Assembly (NCBI GenBank): GCA_036381715.1
Contig: DASVCH010000069.1
Location: 2,208 to 66,207 of the forward strand
DNA from: Gammaproteobacteria bacterium
GTDB lineage: Bacteria > Pseudomonadota > Gammaproteobacteria > Natronospirales > JAJUFS01
Reading direction: 5' to 3'
DNA length: 64,000 nt
Position numbers and translations under genes: made by a program. The notes below the pieces were generated by a model. The model worked only from the letters and a program-made list of their open reading frames with translations. It made no database searches and had not been told where the DNA came from. Positions 45,035-53,741 of the stretch are shown piece by piece (within the stretch, counting starts at the first letter, position 1; every line of letters starts with the position of its first letter).

Positions 45035-46381
45035 CTACAACTTTGCCGCGAGGAGGCGTTCGTTGGTCTTCGCCAGGCGCTCGATCAGCGTGCGCACGAA
45101 CACCCGGTGAAACTTCAGCTGCACGTCCTTCGGCGCGCGCTCGATGGCGGCCGCGCTCAGCACCAGCAGGTCGACCGTGCCGCGCGCCCGGATTGTCGCG
45201 GTCCGCTTGATGTGATTGAAGAAACCCATTTCGCCGAAGCAGTCGCCCTCGCGCAGCACGCCAAGCTCGGTGTCGCCCTTCCAGACGGAAACCTCGCCGG
45301 AAACCAGCACGAAGAAGCTGTCGTCCAGTTCGCCTTCGGTCACGATGTTGCGGCCGCTGGCGAGATTGCGCCATTGCCCCGCGCGAACGACTTCGCGCAG
45401 TTCCCCGTCATTGAAGCCGTCGAAGAACGCCAGCCGGCGCGACAGTTTCACCCGTGCATCTTCGTCAAGCTCCTGCGTCGCTGCGTTGATCTCGTCGAAG
45501 ATGTAGGCGAGGTCGCCGGCGATGTCGAGTCCGCTGCGGTAACGCCGGCGCGGCTCCTTGCGCAGGCAGCGCATGATCACGCGGTCGAGAATCCCGGGCA
45601 CATCGACCCGGTAGCGGCTTGGCGGCACCGGCTCTGCGTGCATGATCCGGTGCGTGAGATCTTTCAGCGACTCGGCGAAGAATGGCGACATGCCCGTCAG
45701 GAGTTCGTAGACCGTCACGCCAAGGGAATAGAGATCGGTCTGATGGTTGACGTCCTCGCCGCGCACCTGCTCGGGCGACATGTAACGCGGCGTGCCGATG
45801 GAACCGGCCAGCTCGTCGTCCGGCCGCCTCGCGGACTTGGCAATGCCGAAATCCACGATCAGCGTATGACCGCGCGCGTTCATCAGGATGTTGGCGGGCT
45901 TGATGTCGCGGTGAACGACGCCGCTGCGGTGCGCGTATTCCAGCGCCTTTGCCGTCGAGAAGAAAATTTCGACGACCTTGCTCATCGGCAGGAGGCTGTC
46001 GGCGCGCGCGTATTTCGACAGCGCCACCGAATCCGGCAGGAATTCCATCACCACGTAGCGCCGGCCGTCCTCTTCGCCGGCGTCGTGGATCGGCAGGATG
46101 TTCGGGTGCTTTAGCTGGCCGGCGAGGTGCGCTTCGTTGAAAAACAGCCGCGACTGCAATGCCGCCTGCTGGCCTTCGAGCTGATCGTCCCGGTAGTAGA
46201 CCTTGATCGCGACGTCGCGATTCTCGAAGGGATCGTGACCGAGATAGACGATTCCGGAACTGCCGCGGCCGAGTTCGCGCTGCAGGGCGTACTTGCCGAG
46301 TCTTGCCGGCGCCGGCCCTGCCGGCGCAACCGCTGCGGCTTCTGCCATGCCAAGCGGTGTCGTCGATCCATGACGTTTCAT
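45035..46381 (-). CDS. Hanks-type Ser/Thr protein kinase fused to a C-terminal cyclic-nucleotide-binding domain (copy 2)
   Basis: ORF 45035..46720 trimmed to the ATG at 46381, which overlaps the upstream stop (TAATG). Kinase motifs GRGSSGIVY, VAIK, HRDIKPANIL, DFG, TPRYMSPE. CNB motif FGEMG...RTATI. Confidence 0.85.
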   Translation of the reverse strand: MKRHGSTTPLGMAEAAAVAPAGPAPARLGKYALQRELGRGSSGIVYLGHDPFENRDVAIKVYYRDDQLEGQQAALQSRLFFNEAHLAGQLKHPNILPIHDAGEEDGRRYVVMEFLPDSVALSKYARADSLLPMSKVVEIFFSTAKALEYAHRSGVVHRDIKPANILMNARGHTLIVDFGIAKSARRPDDELAGSIGTPRYMSPEQVRGEDVNHQTDLYSLGVTVYELLTGMSPFFAESLKDLTHRIMHAEPVPPSRYRVDVPGILDRVIMRCLRKEPRRRYRSGLDIAGDLAYIFDEINAATQELDEDARVKLSRRLAFFDGFNDGELREVVRAGQWRNLASGRNIVTEGELDDSFFVLVSGEVSVWKGDTELGVLREGDCFGEMGFFNHIKRTATIRARGTVDLLVLSAAAIERAPKDVQLKFHRVFVRTLIERLAKTNERLLAAKL

Positions 46382-47661
46382 TACCTGTCGTCCTTTACCA
46401 CCCGCTCGCTCGTCCTTGTCAGGCGCTCGATCAATGTGCGCAGGAACACCTTGTGAAACCGCAGCTGGCAGGCCATCGACGCCTGCTCGATCAGCGTGGA
46501 ATTCACGCGCATCACCGCGACGCCCTTTTCCGAGGTGACGGTCGCCGTTCTTTCGGTCTTGTTGAGATAGCCCATTTCGCCGAAGCAGTCGCCTTCCTGG
46601 AGTTTTCCCAGCGACTTGCCGCCCTTGGTCACGACGACCTCGCCGGAGACGATGATGAAGAAGCTTTCGTCGATCTCGCCTTCGACGACGATCGAATCGC
46701 CGGTGTCGTAGGTCTCCCATTTGCTGGCGTTCAGCACCTCCCAGACTTCCGGGTAGCTGAACTCCCGGAAGAAGCTCAGGCGCCGCACCATGTTGAAGCG
46801 CTCCTGCTCCGCGACTTCGCGCGCCATCCGGCCGAGGTCGTTGAACGCCGTTGTCAGCGCGACGGAAAGTTCCAGCGCGGACCTGTAGCGCCTGGCGGGA
46901 TCCTTGTTCATCGCCCGATCGACGATCTGCTCCAGCATTTCAGTGACTTCCGAGCGCAGGCGATGCACGGGAATCGGCGTGGCGTAAAGCACCTGGTGCA
47001 CCAGCGCGGAAAGGTTTTCGCCGTAGAACGGCCGCTTGCCCGTGAGCAGTTCGTACATCAATACACCCAGCGCATAGATGTCCGTCTGGTTGGTGATGCT
47101 TTCTTCGCGCACCTGCTCCGGTGCCATGTAGCTCGGGCTGCCGACCAGGCCCGACATCGGCGTCAGGTCGGCGACGGGATTGTGCGCGATGCCGAAATCC
47201 ACGATGCGAACATCGCCATCGGCGGTCATCAGGATATTGCTCGGCTTGATGTCGCGGTGAACGACGCCCTTGCGGTGCGCGTAATCCAGCGCCTTCGCGC
47301 ACTTGAAGACGATCTCGACGATCTTCCTGACCGGCAGCAGGTTCTGCGGCTGGCAGAAGGCCGACAGCGGCTTGCCGCCGCGCACGTACTCCATGACGAT
47401 GTAGCACTTGCCGTCTTCCTCGCCGGCATCGTAGATCGGCAGCACATTCGGATGCTGCAGCATCCCGGCCAGGTGCGCCTCGTTGAAGAACAGGCGCTTT
47501 CTCACGCGCTGCTGTTCCTCGGAAAGGCCCGCGTCGCTCGCAAAAAGCTTCAGCGCCACGTCGCGCTGGTGATACGGATCGTGGCAGAGATAGACGGTGC
47601 CCGAGCCGCCCTTGCCGAGTTCGCGCGTGATGACGTATTTGCCGAGCTTTTCGATCTTCAT
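46381..47661 (-). CDS. Hanks-type Ser/Thr protein kinase fused to a C-terminal cyclic-nucleotide-binding domain (copy 1)
   Basis: 426 aa. Kinase motifs GKGGSGTVY, VALK, HRDIKPSNIL, DFG, SPSYMAPE. CNB motif FGEMG...RTATV. The start overlaps the pgpA stop (ATGA). Confidence 0.9.
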   Translation of the reverse strand: MKIEKLGKYVITRELGKGGSGTVYLCHDPYHQRDVALKLFASDAGLSEEQQRVRKRLFFNEAHLAGMLQHPNVLPIYDAGEEDGKCYIVMEYVRGGKPLSAFCQPQNLLPVRKIVEIVFKCAKALDYAHRKGVVHRDIKPSNILMTADGDVRIVDFGIAHNPVADLTPMSGLVGSPSYMAPEQVREESITNQTDIYALGVLMYELLTGKRPFYGENLSALVHQVLYATPIPVHRLRSEVTEMLEQIVDRAMNKDPARRYRSALELSVALTTAFNDLGRMAREVAEQERFNMVRRLSFFREFSYPEVWEVLNASKWETYDTGDSIVVEGEIDESFFIIVSGEVVVTKGGKSLGKLQEGDCFGEMGYLNKTERTATVTSEKGVAVMRVNSTLIEQASMACQLRFHKVFLRTLIERLTRTSERVVKDDR

Positions 47662-48143
47662 GAAAAATATGTCCAGGCGAAGTGCGCGAGCCGCAGGCTT
47701 GCCGCCGCGAACAGTCCGGCGACGAGGTCGTCGGCCATGATACCGGCTCCGCCGCCGAGGCGGCGATCAAGCCAGCCGATCGGCCACGGTTTCACGATGT
47801 CGAAAAACCGGAACGCGACGAACGCCGCCAGCATCCACCACCAGCCCGCCGGCAGCAACAGCATGGCGAGATAGAAACCCGCGATCTCGTCGATGACGAT
47901 GCCGCCGTGATCGTGCACGCCGAGCTTGCGCGCGCTTGCGCCGCCCGCCCAGGTGCCGGCAAGAATCAGGAAAAGACAGATTCCCGCGCGCAACGCCAGC
48001 GGCAGCTGCCACGTCGCCCAGACGAGTGGAATCGCCGCGAGCGTGCCGGCCGTGCCCGGCGCGACCGGCGCGAGCCCCGCGCCCGAGCCGAAGGCCAGCC
48101 AGTGCGCGGGATCGGAAAAGATGTCGCGCGGCGAGGGTTTCAT
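47658..48143 (-). CDS. pgpA: Phosphatidylglycerophosphatase A
   Basis: 161 aa. Motifs GSGAGLAPVAPGTAGTL, IDEIAGF and FRFFDIVKPWPI. Confidence 0.9.
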   Translation of the reverse strand: MKPSPRDIFSDPAHWLAFGSGAGLAPVAPGTAGTLAAIPLVWATWQLPLALRAGICLFLILAGTWAGGASARKLGVHDHGGIVIDEIAGFYLAMLLLPAGWWWMLAAFVAFRFFDIVKPWPIGWLDRRLGGGAGIMADDLVAGLFAAASLRLAHFAWTYFS

Positions 48144-49075
48144 GTCCGGAAGTGCTCCCAGCCGCGGCGCGCGGGTTCGTATCGCGCGCCATTGGAGTCG
48201 ACGATCATCAGTCCCGGTTCCGCGACAATCTCCCCGACGGCCGTGATTTCGCAGCCATTGTCCCTAGCGCGCAATTCGGCCAGTTTTTCGGGGCGCAGGC
48301 AAAAGCACAGTTCGTAGTCGTCGCCACCCGCGAGCACGAAATCCTGCGCGTCTTTCGAATATTCGCGCAGTTCCTCCGAAATCGGCAGGCGGTCGAGTTC
48401 GATGCGCCCGCCCGCGCCGCTTGCCTTCAATACGTGGCCGAGATCCGCGAGCAGGCCGTCCGAGATGTCGATGGCCGCGGTCGCGCATTCGCGCAGGTTC
48501 GCCCCGAGCCCGAGGCGCGGAACGGGGCGGCGAAAGCGCGCCGCCAGCGGATGTTCCGGCGCGTCCTGCCACAGCTCGAGGCCGGCGGCCGCCTCGCCCG
48601 GCATGCCGCTGACGCAGATGACGTCGCCCGGTTGCGCGCCGCCGCGCGCGATCGCCTGGCCTGCCGGAACCTCGCCGATCACAGTGACTGTGACGGACAA
48701 CGGTCCCTGCGTCGTGTCGCCGCCGGCGAGAAGTGTCGCGGACATTTCCGCGAGCGCGAAGAATCCGTCCGCGAAATCGCGGAGCCACGCCGGCCCGGGT
48801 TCGGGCAAGGTGAGGTTCAGAAACGCGAAGCGCGGCGTCGCGCCCATCGCGGCGACGTCGGAAAGATTCACGGCCAGCGCGCGCCAGCCGATGTCTTCCG
48901 CGGGAAAGCCTTCCGGGAAATGCCGGCCTTCGATGATGGTGTCGGTGACGACGACCTGGTCGAAACCTGCGCGCGGCCGCAGCACCGCGCCATCGTCGCC
49001 GATGCCGAGCACGAGGTCATCGGTGGACGCGTTGCGCCGGAAGTATTCGTCGATGATCTGGAATTCGCCAGGCAT
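48140..49075 (-). CDS. thiL: Thiamine-monophosphate kinase
   Basis: 311 aa. Motifs GIGDDGAVL, TDTIIEGRHF and WRALAVNLSDVAAMGA. Confidence 0.9.
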   Translation of the reverse strand: MPGEFQIIDEYFRRNASTDDLVLGIGDDGAVLRPRAGFDQVVVTDTIIEGRHFPEGFPAEDIGWRALAVNLSDVAAMGATPRFAFLNLTLPEPGPAWLRDFADGFFALAEMSATLLAGGDTTQGPLSVTVTVIGEVPAGQAIARGGAQPGDVICVSGMPGEAAAGLELWQDAPEHPLAARFRRPVPRLGLGANLRECATAAIDISDGLLADLGHVLKASGAGGRIELDRLPISEELREYSKDAQDFVLAGGDDYELCFCLRPEKLAELRARDNGCEITAVGEIVAEPGLMIVDSNGARYEPARRGWEHFRT

Positions 49076-49088
49076 GGCTTTCCGGGCT

Positions 49089-49553
49089 TCAGCCGCGCCG
49101 CGCCGCGATCTCGACCTTGCGCAGTTCCGCGGCCGTGCGGTCGAGAATCGCGTTGACGTAGCGATGCCCTTCCTCGGCGCCGAAGCGCTTGGCGAGCTCC
49201 ACGCCTTCGTTGATGACCACGCGGTAGGGAATGTCGAGCCGTTCCTTCAACTCGTAGCACCCTATTAAAAGAATGGCGCGCTCGACGGGATCGATCTGGT
49301 CCGCCGGACGGTCGAAGTTCGGTGCGAGCACGGCGGCGAATTCCTCCTCGCGCTCGACGCATTGCTCCAGCAGTTCGTCGAAGTACTCCGGATCGACGCG
49401 GTCGAATTCGGGGTTCTCGTGGAACTGGGCGCGCAGCGTCTTCCAGTGATCGTCGCCGATCTGATGCTGGTAGAGCGCCTGCATGGCCAGCCTTCTGGCA
49501 TTGCTGCGGCGACGATTCGCGTTGCCGCTGCCTTTCGCGGGGGAATCGTTCAC
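49089..49553 (-). CDS. nusB: Transcription antitermination factor NusB
   Basis: GTG at 49553 overlaps the ribH stop (GTGA) inside ORF 49089..50183. Motifs [23 protein letters not shown] and [14 protein letters not shown]. Confidence 0.85.
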   Translation of the reverse strand: MNDSPAKGSGNANRRRSNARRLAMQALYQHQIGDDHWKTLRAQFHENPEFDRVDPEYFDELLEQCVEREEEFAAVLAPNFDRPADQIDPVERAILLIGCYELKERLDIPYRVVINEGVELAKRFGAEEGHRYVNAILDRTAAELRKVEIAARRG

Positions 49554-50023
49554 GGCAGGTCGCGCATCAGGTTGGCCATTTCGATCGCGGTCGCGGCCGC
49601 ATCCATTCCCTTGTTGCCGGCCTTGGTGCCGGCACGTTCGATGGCCTGCTCGATGGTGTCCGTCGTCAGCACGCCGAAAGCGACCGGCACGCCGGTTTCG
49701 CTCGCGGCCGAGCCACAGGCGCGCGCGCATTCGCCGGCGACAAAATCGAAATGTGGCGTCGCCCCACGGATCACCGCGCCGAGCGCGATCACCGCCGCGT
49801 AATTGCCGGAACGGCACAGGCGATGCACCACGGGGCCCATCTCGAAGGCGCCCGGAACGCGCACGATGTGCACGCGGCCGGCGTCCACCCCGTGCCGGCG
49901 CAGGGTGTCCAGCGCGCCGTTGACAAGGCTTTCCGTGATGAAGCCGTTGAAGCGCGCCGCCACGATCGCGAACTGCCCCTCCGCGCCGATCATGGTGCCT
50001 TCGAATGTTTTGATATCCGTCAT
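49550..50023 (-). CDS. ribH: 6,7-dimethyl-8-ribityllumazine synthase
   Basis: 157 aa. Motifs [17 protein letters not shown] and GVLT. Confidence 0.9.
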   Translation of the reverse strand: MTDIKTFEGTMIGAEGQFAIVAARFNGFITESLVNGALDTLRRHGVDAGRVHIVRVPGAFEMGPVVHRLCRSGNYAAVIALGAVIRGATPHFDFVAGECARACGSAASETGVPVAFGVLTTDTIEQAIERAGTKAGNKGMDAAATAIEMANLMRDLP

Positions 50024-50088
50024 TTTCGAGCCCTAAGTCCTTCTTTCGCCGGGATTTTGCGGGCCGCCATTGTAGCAGCACGACAAAT

Positions 50089-50144
50089 CTTTCGCCTTTC
50101 GCCTTTCGCCTTTCGCCTTTCGCCTTTCGCCTTTCGCCTTTCGC
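50089..50144. repeat. 8-unit array CTTTCGC x8 in the ribBA-ribH spacer
   Basis: Counted unit by unit. Abuts the ribBA stop (1 nt gap). I found no complementary arm nearby. Confidence 0.95.
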
Positions 50145-50145
50145 C

Positions 50146-51240
50146 TCAATCGCAATCCACGTAATCCACCACCTCAAGACCAAAGCCCGAAATGCCGTGC
50201 ATCCGCTTCGGCGCCGACAGCACCCGCATGCGGCGTACGCCGAGATCGTTGAGAATCTGCGCGCCTACGCCGTAGGTCCGCAGCACGGTCGCGCCATCCA
50301 CCGCGTCCTCGCTTCGCGGCCTGTCGCCCTGGCGGAAGCGTTCGGCAATGTCGGCGGGCTTTTCCTCCGGCCGCAGGATCACCAGCACGCCGCCCTCTTC
50401 CGCGATTCGCCGCATGGCGTTTCGAAGCGGCCAGCCAAGCGTGTTCCAGCCGAGGTTCATGACATCCGACAGCGTGTTCTGCAGGTGCACGCGCACCAGC
50501 GTCGGCTCTTCCGGGTCGACGTCGCCGCGCACCAGCGCAAAGTGAACCGTGCGATGCACGTAATCCTCGAAGCACACGACGCGGAACTCGCCGAACTCGG
50601 TCTCGACAGTCTGCTCGCCGATGCGCTCGACCGATTGTTCCTTTTCCATCCGGTAGCGAATCAGATCGGCAATCGTGCCGATCTTGAGACCGTGCGTGTC
50701 CGCGAACTTCTCGAGATCCGGCAGGCGCGCCATGGAGCCGTCGTCGTTCAGGATTTCGACAATCACCGCGGCGGGTTCATGGCCCGCAAGCCGCGCAAGA
50801 TCGCAGCCGGCTTCGGTGTGTCCGGCGCGCGACAGCACGCCGCCCGGCTGCGCCATCAATGGAAAAATGTGGCCCGGCTGTTTCAGGTCTTCGGGGCGCG
50901 CGTCCTTCTTCACCGCGGTTCGCACGGTGTGCGCGCGGTCGTGCGCGGAAATGCCGGTGGTGACGCCCTCGGCGGCCTCGATCGACAGCGTGAAGTTCGT
51001 CGCCAGCTGTTCGTTGGTTTCCGTCACCATCAGCGGCAGGCGCAATTGCCGGCAGCGATCCTGCGTCACCGTCAGGCAGATCAGGCCGCGCCCGTTGCGC
51101 GCCATGAAGTTGATGTCTTCCGGCCGCACCATGGACGCCGCCATGATGAGATCGCCTTCGTTCTCGCGATCCTCGTCATCCATCATGATGACCATCTTGC
51201 CGTTACGGATGTCTTCGAGGATGTCTTCGATCTTGTGCAT
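50146..51240 (-). CDS. ribBA: Bifunctional 3,4-dihydroxy-2-butanone-4-phosphate synthase / GTP cyclohydrolase II
   Basis: 364 aa. Opens GKMVIMMDDEDRENEGDLIMAA, with a C-terminal RibA-like half. Confidence 0.9.
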   Translation of the reverse strand: MHKIEDILEDIRNGKMVIMMDDEDRENEGDLIMAASMVRPEDINFMARNGRGLICLTVTQDRCRQLRLPLMVTETNEQLATNFTLSIEAAEGVTTGISAHDRAHTVRTAVKKDARPEDLKQPGHIFPLMAQPGGVLSRAGHTEAGCDLARLAGHEPAAVIVEILNDDGSMARLPDLEKFADTHGLKIGTIADLIRYRMEKEQSVERIGEQTVETEFGEFRVVCFEDYVHRTVHFALVRGDVDPEEPTLVRVHLQNTLSDVMNLGWNTLGWPLRNAMRRIAEEGGVLVILRPEEKPADIAERFRQGDRPRSEDAVDGATVLRTYGVGAQILNDLGVRRMRVLSAPKRMHGISGFGLEVVDYVDCD

Positions 51241-51275
51241 CTTGCGCCTCGCATGCGCCTGTTGTGAAAGAGAAG

Positions 51276-51375
51276 AATGGACAGGATTTACAGGATTGAA
51301 GATGGATTGACAGGATTTAAAAGCAAACGCAAAAAATACTGTTAATCCTGAAAAATCCTGTCAATCCTGTCCATT
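51276..51375. repeat. AT-rich inverted repeat built from AATGGACAGGATT(T/G)ACAGGATT modules in the ribE-ribBA spacer
   Basis: Left arm 51276..51297. Right arm 51354..51375 (AATCCTGTCAATCCTGTCCATT) overlaps the last ribE codons. Further GGATTGACAGGATTT and AATCCTGAAAAATCCTG submodules lie between. Confidence 0.8.
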
Positions 51376-51975
51376 GCTCTTTGTTTGCTCCGACAAAAGT
51401 CGCTCCAGGTATCGTGCGACCACATCGACTTCCAGGTTCACCTTGTCGCCTGGCGAGCGCGAACCGAGGTTCGTCACCGCAAGCGTATGCGGCACGATGT
51501 TCACGTCGAAACGCGAACCATCGACGCCGTTGACAGTGAGACTGATGCCGTCGATGCAGATGGAGCCCTTGCGCGCGATGTATTTCGCGAGCGCTTGCGG
51601 CGCTTCGAACAGGAAACGCCAGGAGCGCGCGTCTTCCTTTCTTTCGATGAGCATTCCGACGCCGTCGACGTGACCGCTGACCAGGTGCCCGCCAAGGCGT
51701 TCGCCTGCAGCGAGCGCGGGTTCGAGATTCACGCGGTCGCCGGCTTTCAACGAACCGAGCGTCGTGTGCTCCAGCGTCTCGCGCGAGACGTCCGCGACAA
51801 GATGCGTTTTCGCCGGTTCGATCGCCGTCAGGCACACGCCATTCACCGCGATGCTTTCGCCGGTCGCGAAATCCTTTCCTGAGAGATCGCCAAGCGCGAC
51901 ACGAAGACGCATGTCCCCGTTGCGCGTTTCCACGTTTTCAACCGATCCCGTAGCCTGGATGATTCCGGTGAACAT
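51361..51975 (-). CDS. ribE: Riboflavin synthase
   Basis: 204 aa. Motifs MFTGIIQATG, GESIAVNGVCLT and GSICIDGISLTV. The last five codons and the stop lie in the AT-rich repeat module. Confidence 0.9.
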   Translation of the reverse strand: MFTGIIQATGSVENVETRNGDMRLRVALGDLSGKDFATGESIAVNGVCLTAIEPAKTHLVADVSRETLEHTTLGSLKAGDRVNLEPALAAGERLGGHLVSGHVDGVGMLIERKEDARSWRFLFEAPQALAKYIARKGSICIDGISLTVNGVDGSRFDVNIVPHTLAVTNLGSRSPGDKVNLEVDVVARYLERLLSEQTKSNGQD

Positions 51976-51986
51976 GTCTTCTCTCC

Positions 51987-52065
51987 AAGGGAGAAGAAAG
52001 AAGGGAGAAGAAAGAAGAGTTCCTTCGCCGACGTCCCCTTCTACCTTCTATCTTCTACCTTTCTT
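51987..52065. repeat. Purine (GGGAGAA GAAAGAA x2) and pyrimidine (CTTCTAC CTTCTAT CTTCTAC CTTTCTT) heptamer arms in the ribD-ribE spacer
   Basis: Read directly. Arms are only partly complementary. The pyrimidine arm overlaps the ribD 3' end. Confidence 0.75.
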
Positions 52066-53153
52066 GTCAGCATCAGGCGAATGTCCTCGCCAATCTGCCG
52101 TACGTCGCGTAACGTGAACTCAAGCCGGTCGGACAATTTTTCCATTCCCGGCAACGCCACCAGCGGCTGCGCTTCATGCCCCATCAGGACCGGCGCCTGA
52201 TAGACAATGAGTTCATCGGCAAGGCCGCGGTCGAGAAACTGACCCGCCAGTGTCGCGCCCGCTTCGACCAGCACGTCGTTGTGCTCGAGTTCGCCGAGCC
52301 GTACGAGTACGGCTTCCAGCAGCAGCGCGCCTGCGCCGTCGTCCTGGATCGTTTCGACCGTCGCGCCCGCCGCCTCCAGCGCCGCGCGACGTTCGATGTT
52401 GTCGTCGCAAGTGAAAATCCGCACTGTGCCCGGGCGCGACAGGATTCTCGCACCCGGCGGCGTGCGCAGTTCCGGATCCAGCACGATGCGTTCCGGCTGG
52501 CGTGCCGCATCCGGCAGCCGCACGTCGAGCCGCGGATCATCGGCAAGCACGGTGCCCATGCCGGTGACCAGCCCCGAGCATTCGGCGCGCAGGCGCTGCA
52601 CGTCGGCGCGCGCGGCATCGCCCGTGATCCATTTCGATTCCCCGCTGGCCATGGCGGTGCGGCCATCAAGGCTCGCGGCGAGTTTCACGCGCACGCGCGG
52701 CCGGCCTTCCGTCATGCGCTTGATGAAACCGAGGTTCAGTTCGCGCGCGGCGATGCCGAGCAGGCCTTCCTCGATGCGAACACCTTCGGCGCGCAGGCGT
52801 TCCAGCCCCTGCCCCGCCACGTGCGGGTTCGGGTCCACCATCGCCGCGACCACGCGCGCGATGCCCGCACGGACCAGCGCGTCGGCGCACGGCGGCGTGC
52901 GGCCGTGATGGCTGCACGGCTCCAGTGTCACGTAGGCCGTCGCATCGCGCGCGTTTTCACCCGCCATTTCGAGCGCGCGTACTTCCGCATGCGCCTCGCC
53001 TGCCCTGGCATGAAAACCTTCACCGACGATTTCGCCGTCCTTCACGATCACGCAACCGACGCGCGGATTCGGATGCGTGGTGTTCCAGCCGCGGCGCGCG
53101 AGTTCGATCGCGCGGGCCATGAAACGATGGTCGCCTGTTGAAAACATGGTCAT
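52041..53153 (-). CDS. ribD: Bifunctional riboflavin biosynthesis deaminase/reductase
   Basis: 370 aa. Motifs HAEVRAL, TLEPCSHHGRTPPC and a reductase half. The C-terminal RKVEDRR and the stop are encoded by heptamer units. Confidence 0.9.
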   Translation of the reverse strand: MTMFSTGDHRFMARAIELARRGWNTTHPNPRVGCVIVKDGEIVGEGFHARAGEAHAEVRALEMAGENARDATAYVTLEPCSHHGRTPPCADALVRAGIARVVAAMVDPNPHVAGQGLERLRAEGVRIEEGLLGIAARELNLGFIKRMTEGRPRVRVKLAASLDGRTAMASGESKWITGDAARADVQRLRAECSGLVTGMGTVLADDPRLDVRLPDAARQPERIVLDPELRTPPGARILSRPGTVRIFTCDDNIERRAALEAAGATVETIQDDGAGALLLEAVLVRLGELEHNDVLVEAGATLAGQFLDRGLADELIVYQAPVLMGHEAQPLVALPGMEKLSDRLEFTLRDVRQIGEDIRLMLTRKVEDRR

Positions 53154-53160
53154 GGTGTCA

Positions 53161-53233
53161 GGTAGTAAGGAAGAAGTGAGAAGGAGGAAGATGCGATGTC
53201 TTCTACCTTCTCACTTCTTTCTTCTCACTTCTT
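53161..53233. repeat. Heptamer-based hairpin in the nrdR-ribD spacer
   Basis: GTGAGAAGGAGGAAGA, then TGCGATG, then TCTTCTACCTTCTCAC: a 16-bp stem with one mismatch. Further heptamers sit on both sides. It contains the nrdR stop. Confidence 0.8.
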
Positions 53234-53734
53234 GTCATCCGGCAGCAACGAAATCTGATGTTTCTTCAACGCCTCTTCCAGCGGCCGTTTCTCCAGCCGC
53301 TCGATTTCCTCGCGGAAGGCGTTCACGTCCTCGAAGCTGCGATAGACGGATGCGAAGCGCACGTAGGCGACCTGGTCGAGTTCCTGCAATTCCTGCATCA
53401 CCCATTCGCCGATCTGCCGCGATTTCACTTCGCGTTCGCCGGCCGCGCGCAGCTTGTGCGTGATGCGAGCAATCGCCGCTTCCACGGCCTCCGTTCCGAC
53501 CGGCCGCTTTTCGAGCGCGCGCATCAGCCCCGAACGCAGCTTGTTTTCATCGAACGGCTGGCGCACGCCGCCGGACTTGATGACGCGCGGCATGACCAGT
53601 TCCGCGCTCTCGAAGGTGGTGAACCGTTCGCTGCAGCGGATGCACTCGCGGCGGCGGCGAACCTGGCTGCCCTCGCTCGCCAAACGCGAGTCGATGACCT
53701 TGGTCTCCTCGTGTTCGCAGAACGGGCAGTGCAT
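53225..53734 (-). CDS. nrdR: Transcriptional repressor NrdR
   Basis: 169 aa. The opening [17 protein letters not shown]...[16 protein letters not shown] is a zinc ribbon, followed by an ATP cone. Confidence 0.95.
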   Translation of the reverse strand: MHCPFCEHEETKVIDSRLASEGSQVRRRRECIRCSERFTTFESAELVMPRVIKSGGVRQPFDENKLRSGLMRALEKRPVGTEAVEAAIARITHKLRAAGEREVKSRQIGEWVMQELQELDQVAYVRFASVYRSFEDVNAFREEIERLEKRPLEEALKKHQISLLPDDKK

Positions 53735-53741
53735 GCTTGCC

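Noticed and set aside
51241-51360. FMN (RFN) riboswitch expected somewhere in the rib gene string (also checked 50024..50145, 51976..52040 and 53154..53224)
   Set aside because: I could not find the conserved RFN core helices or sequence in any spacer. They consist of the repeat modules. This negative is by eye only and should be confirmed with cmsearch.
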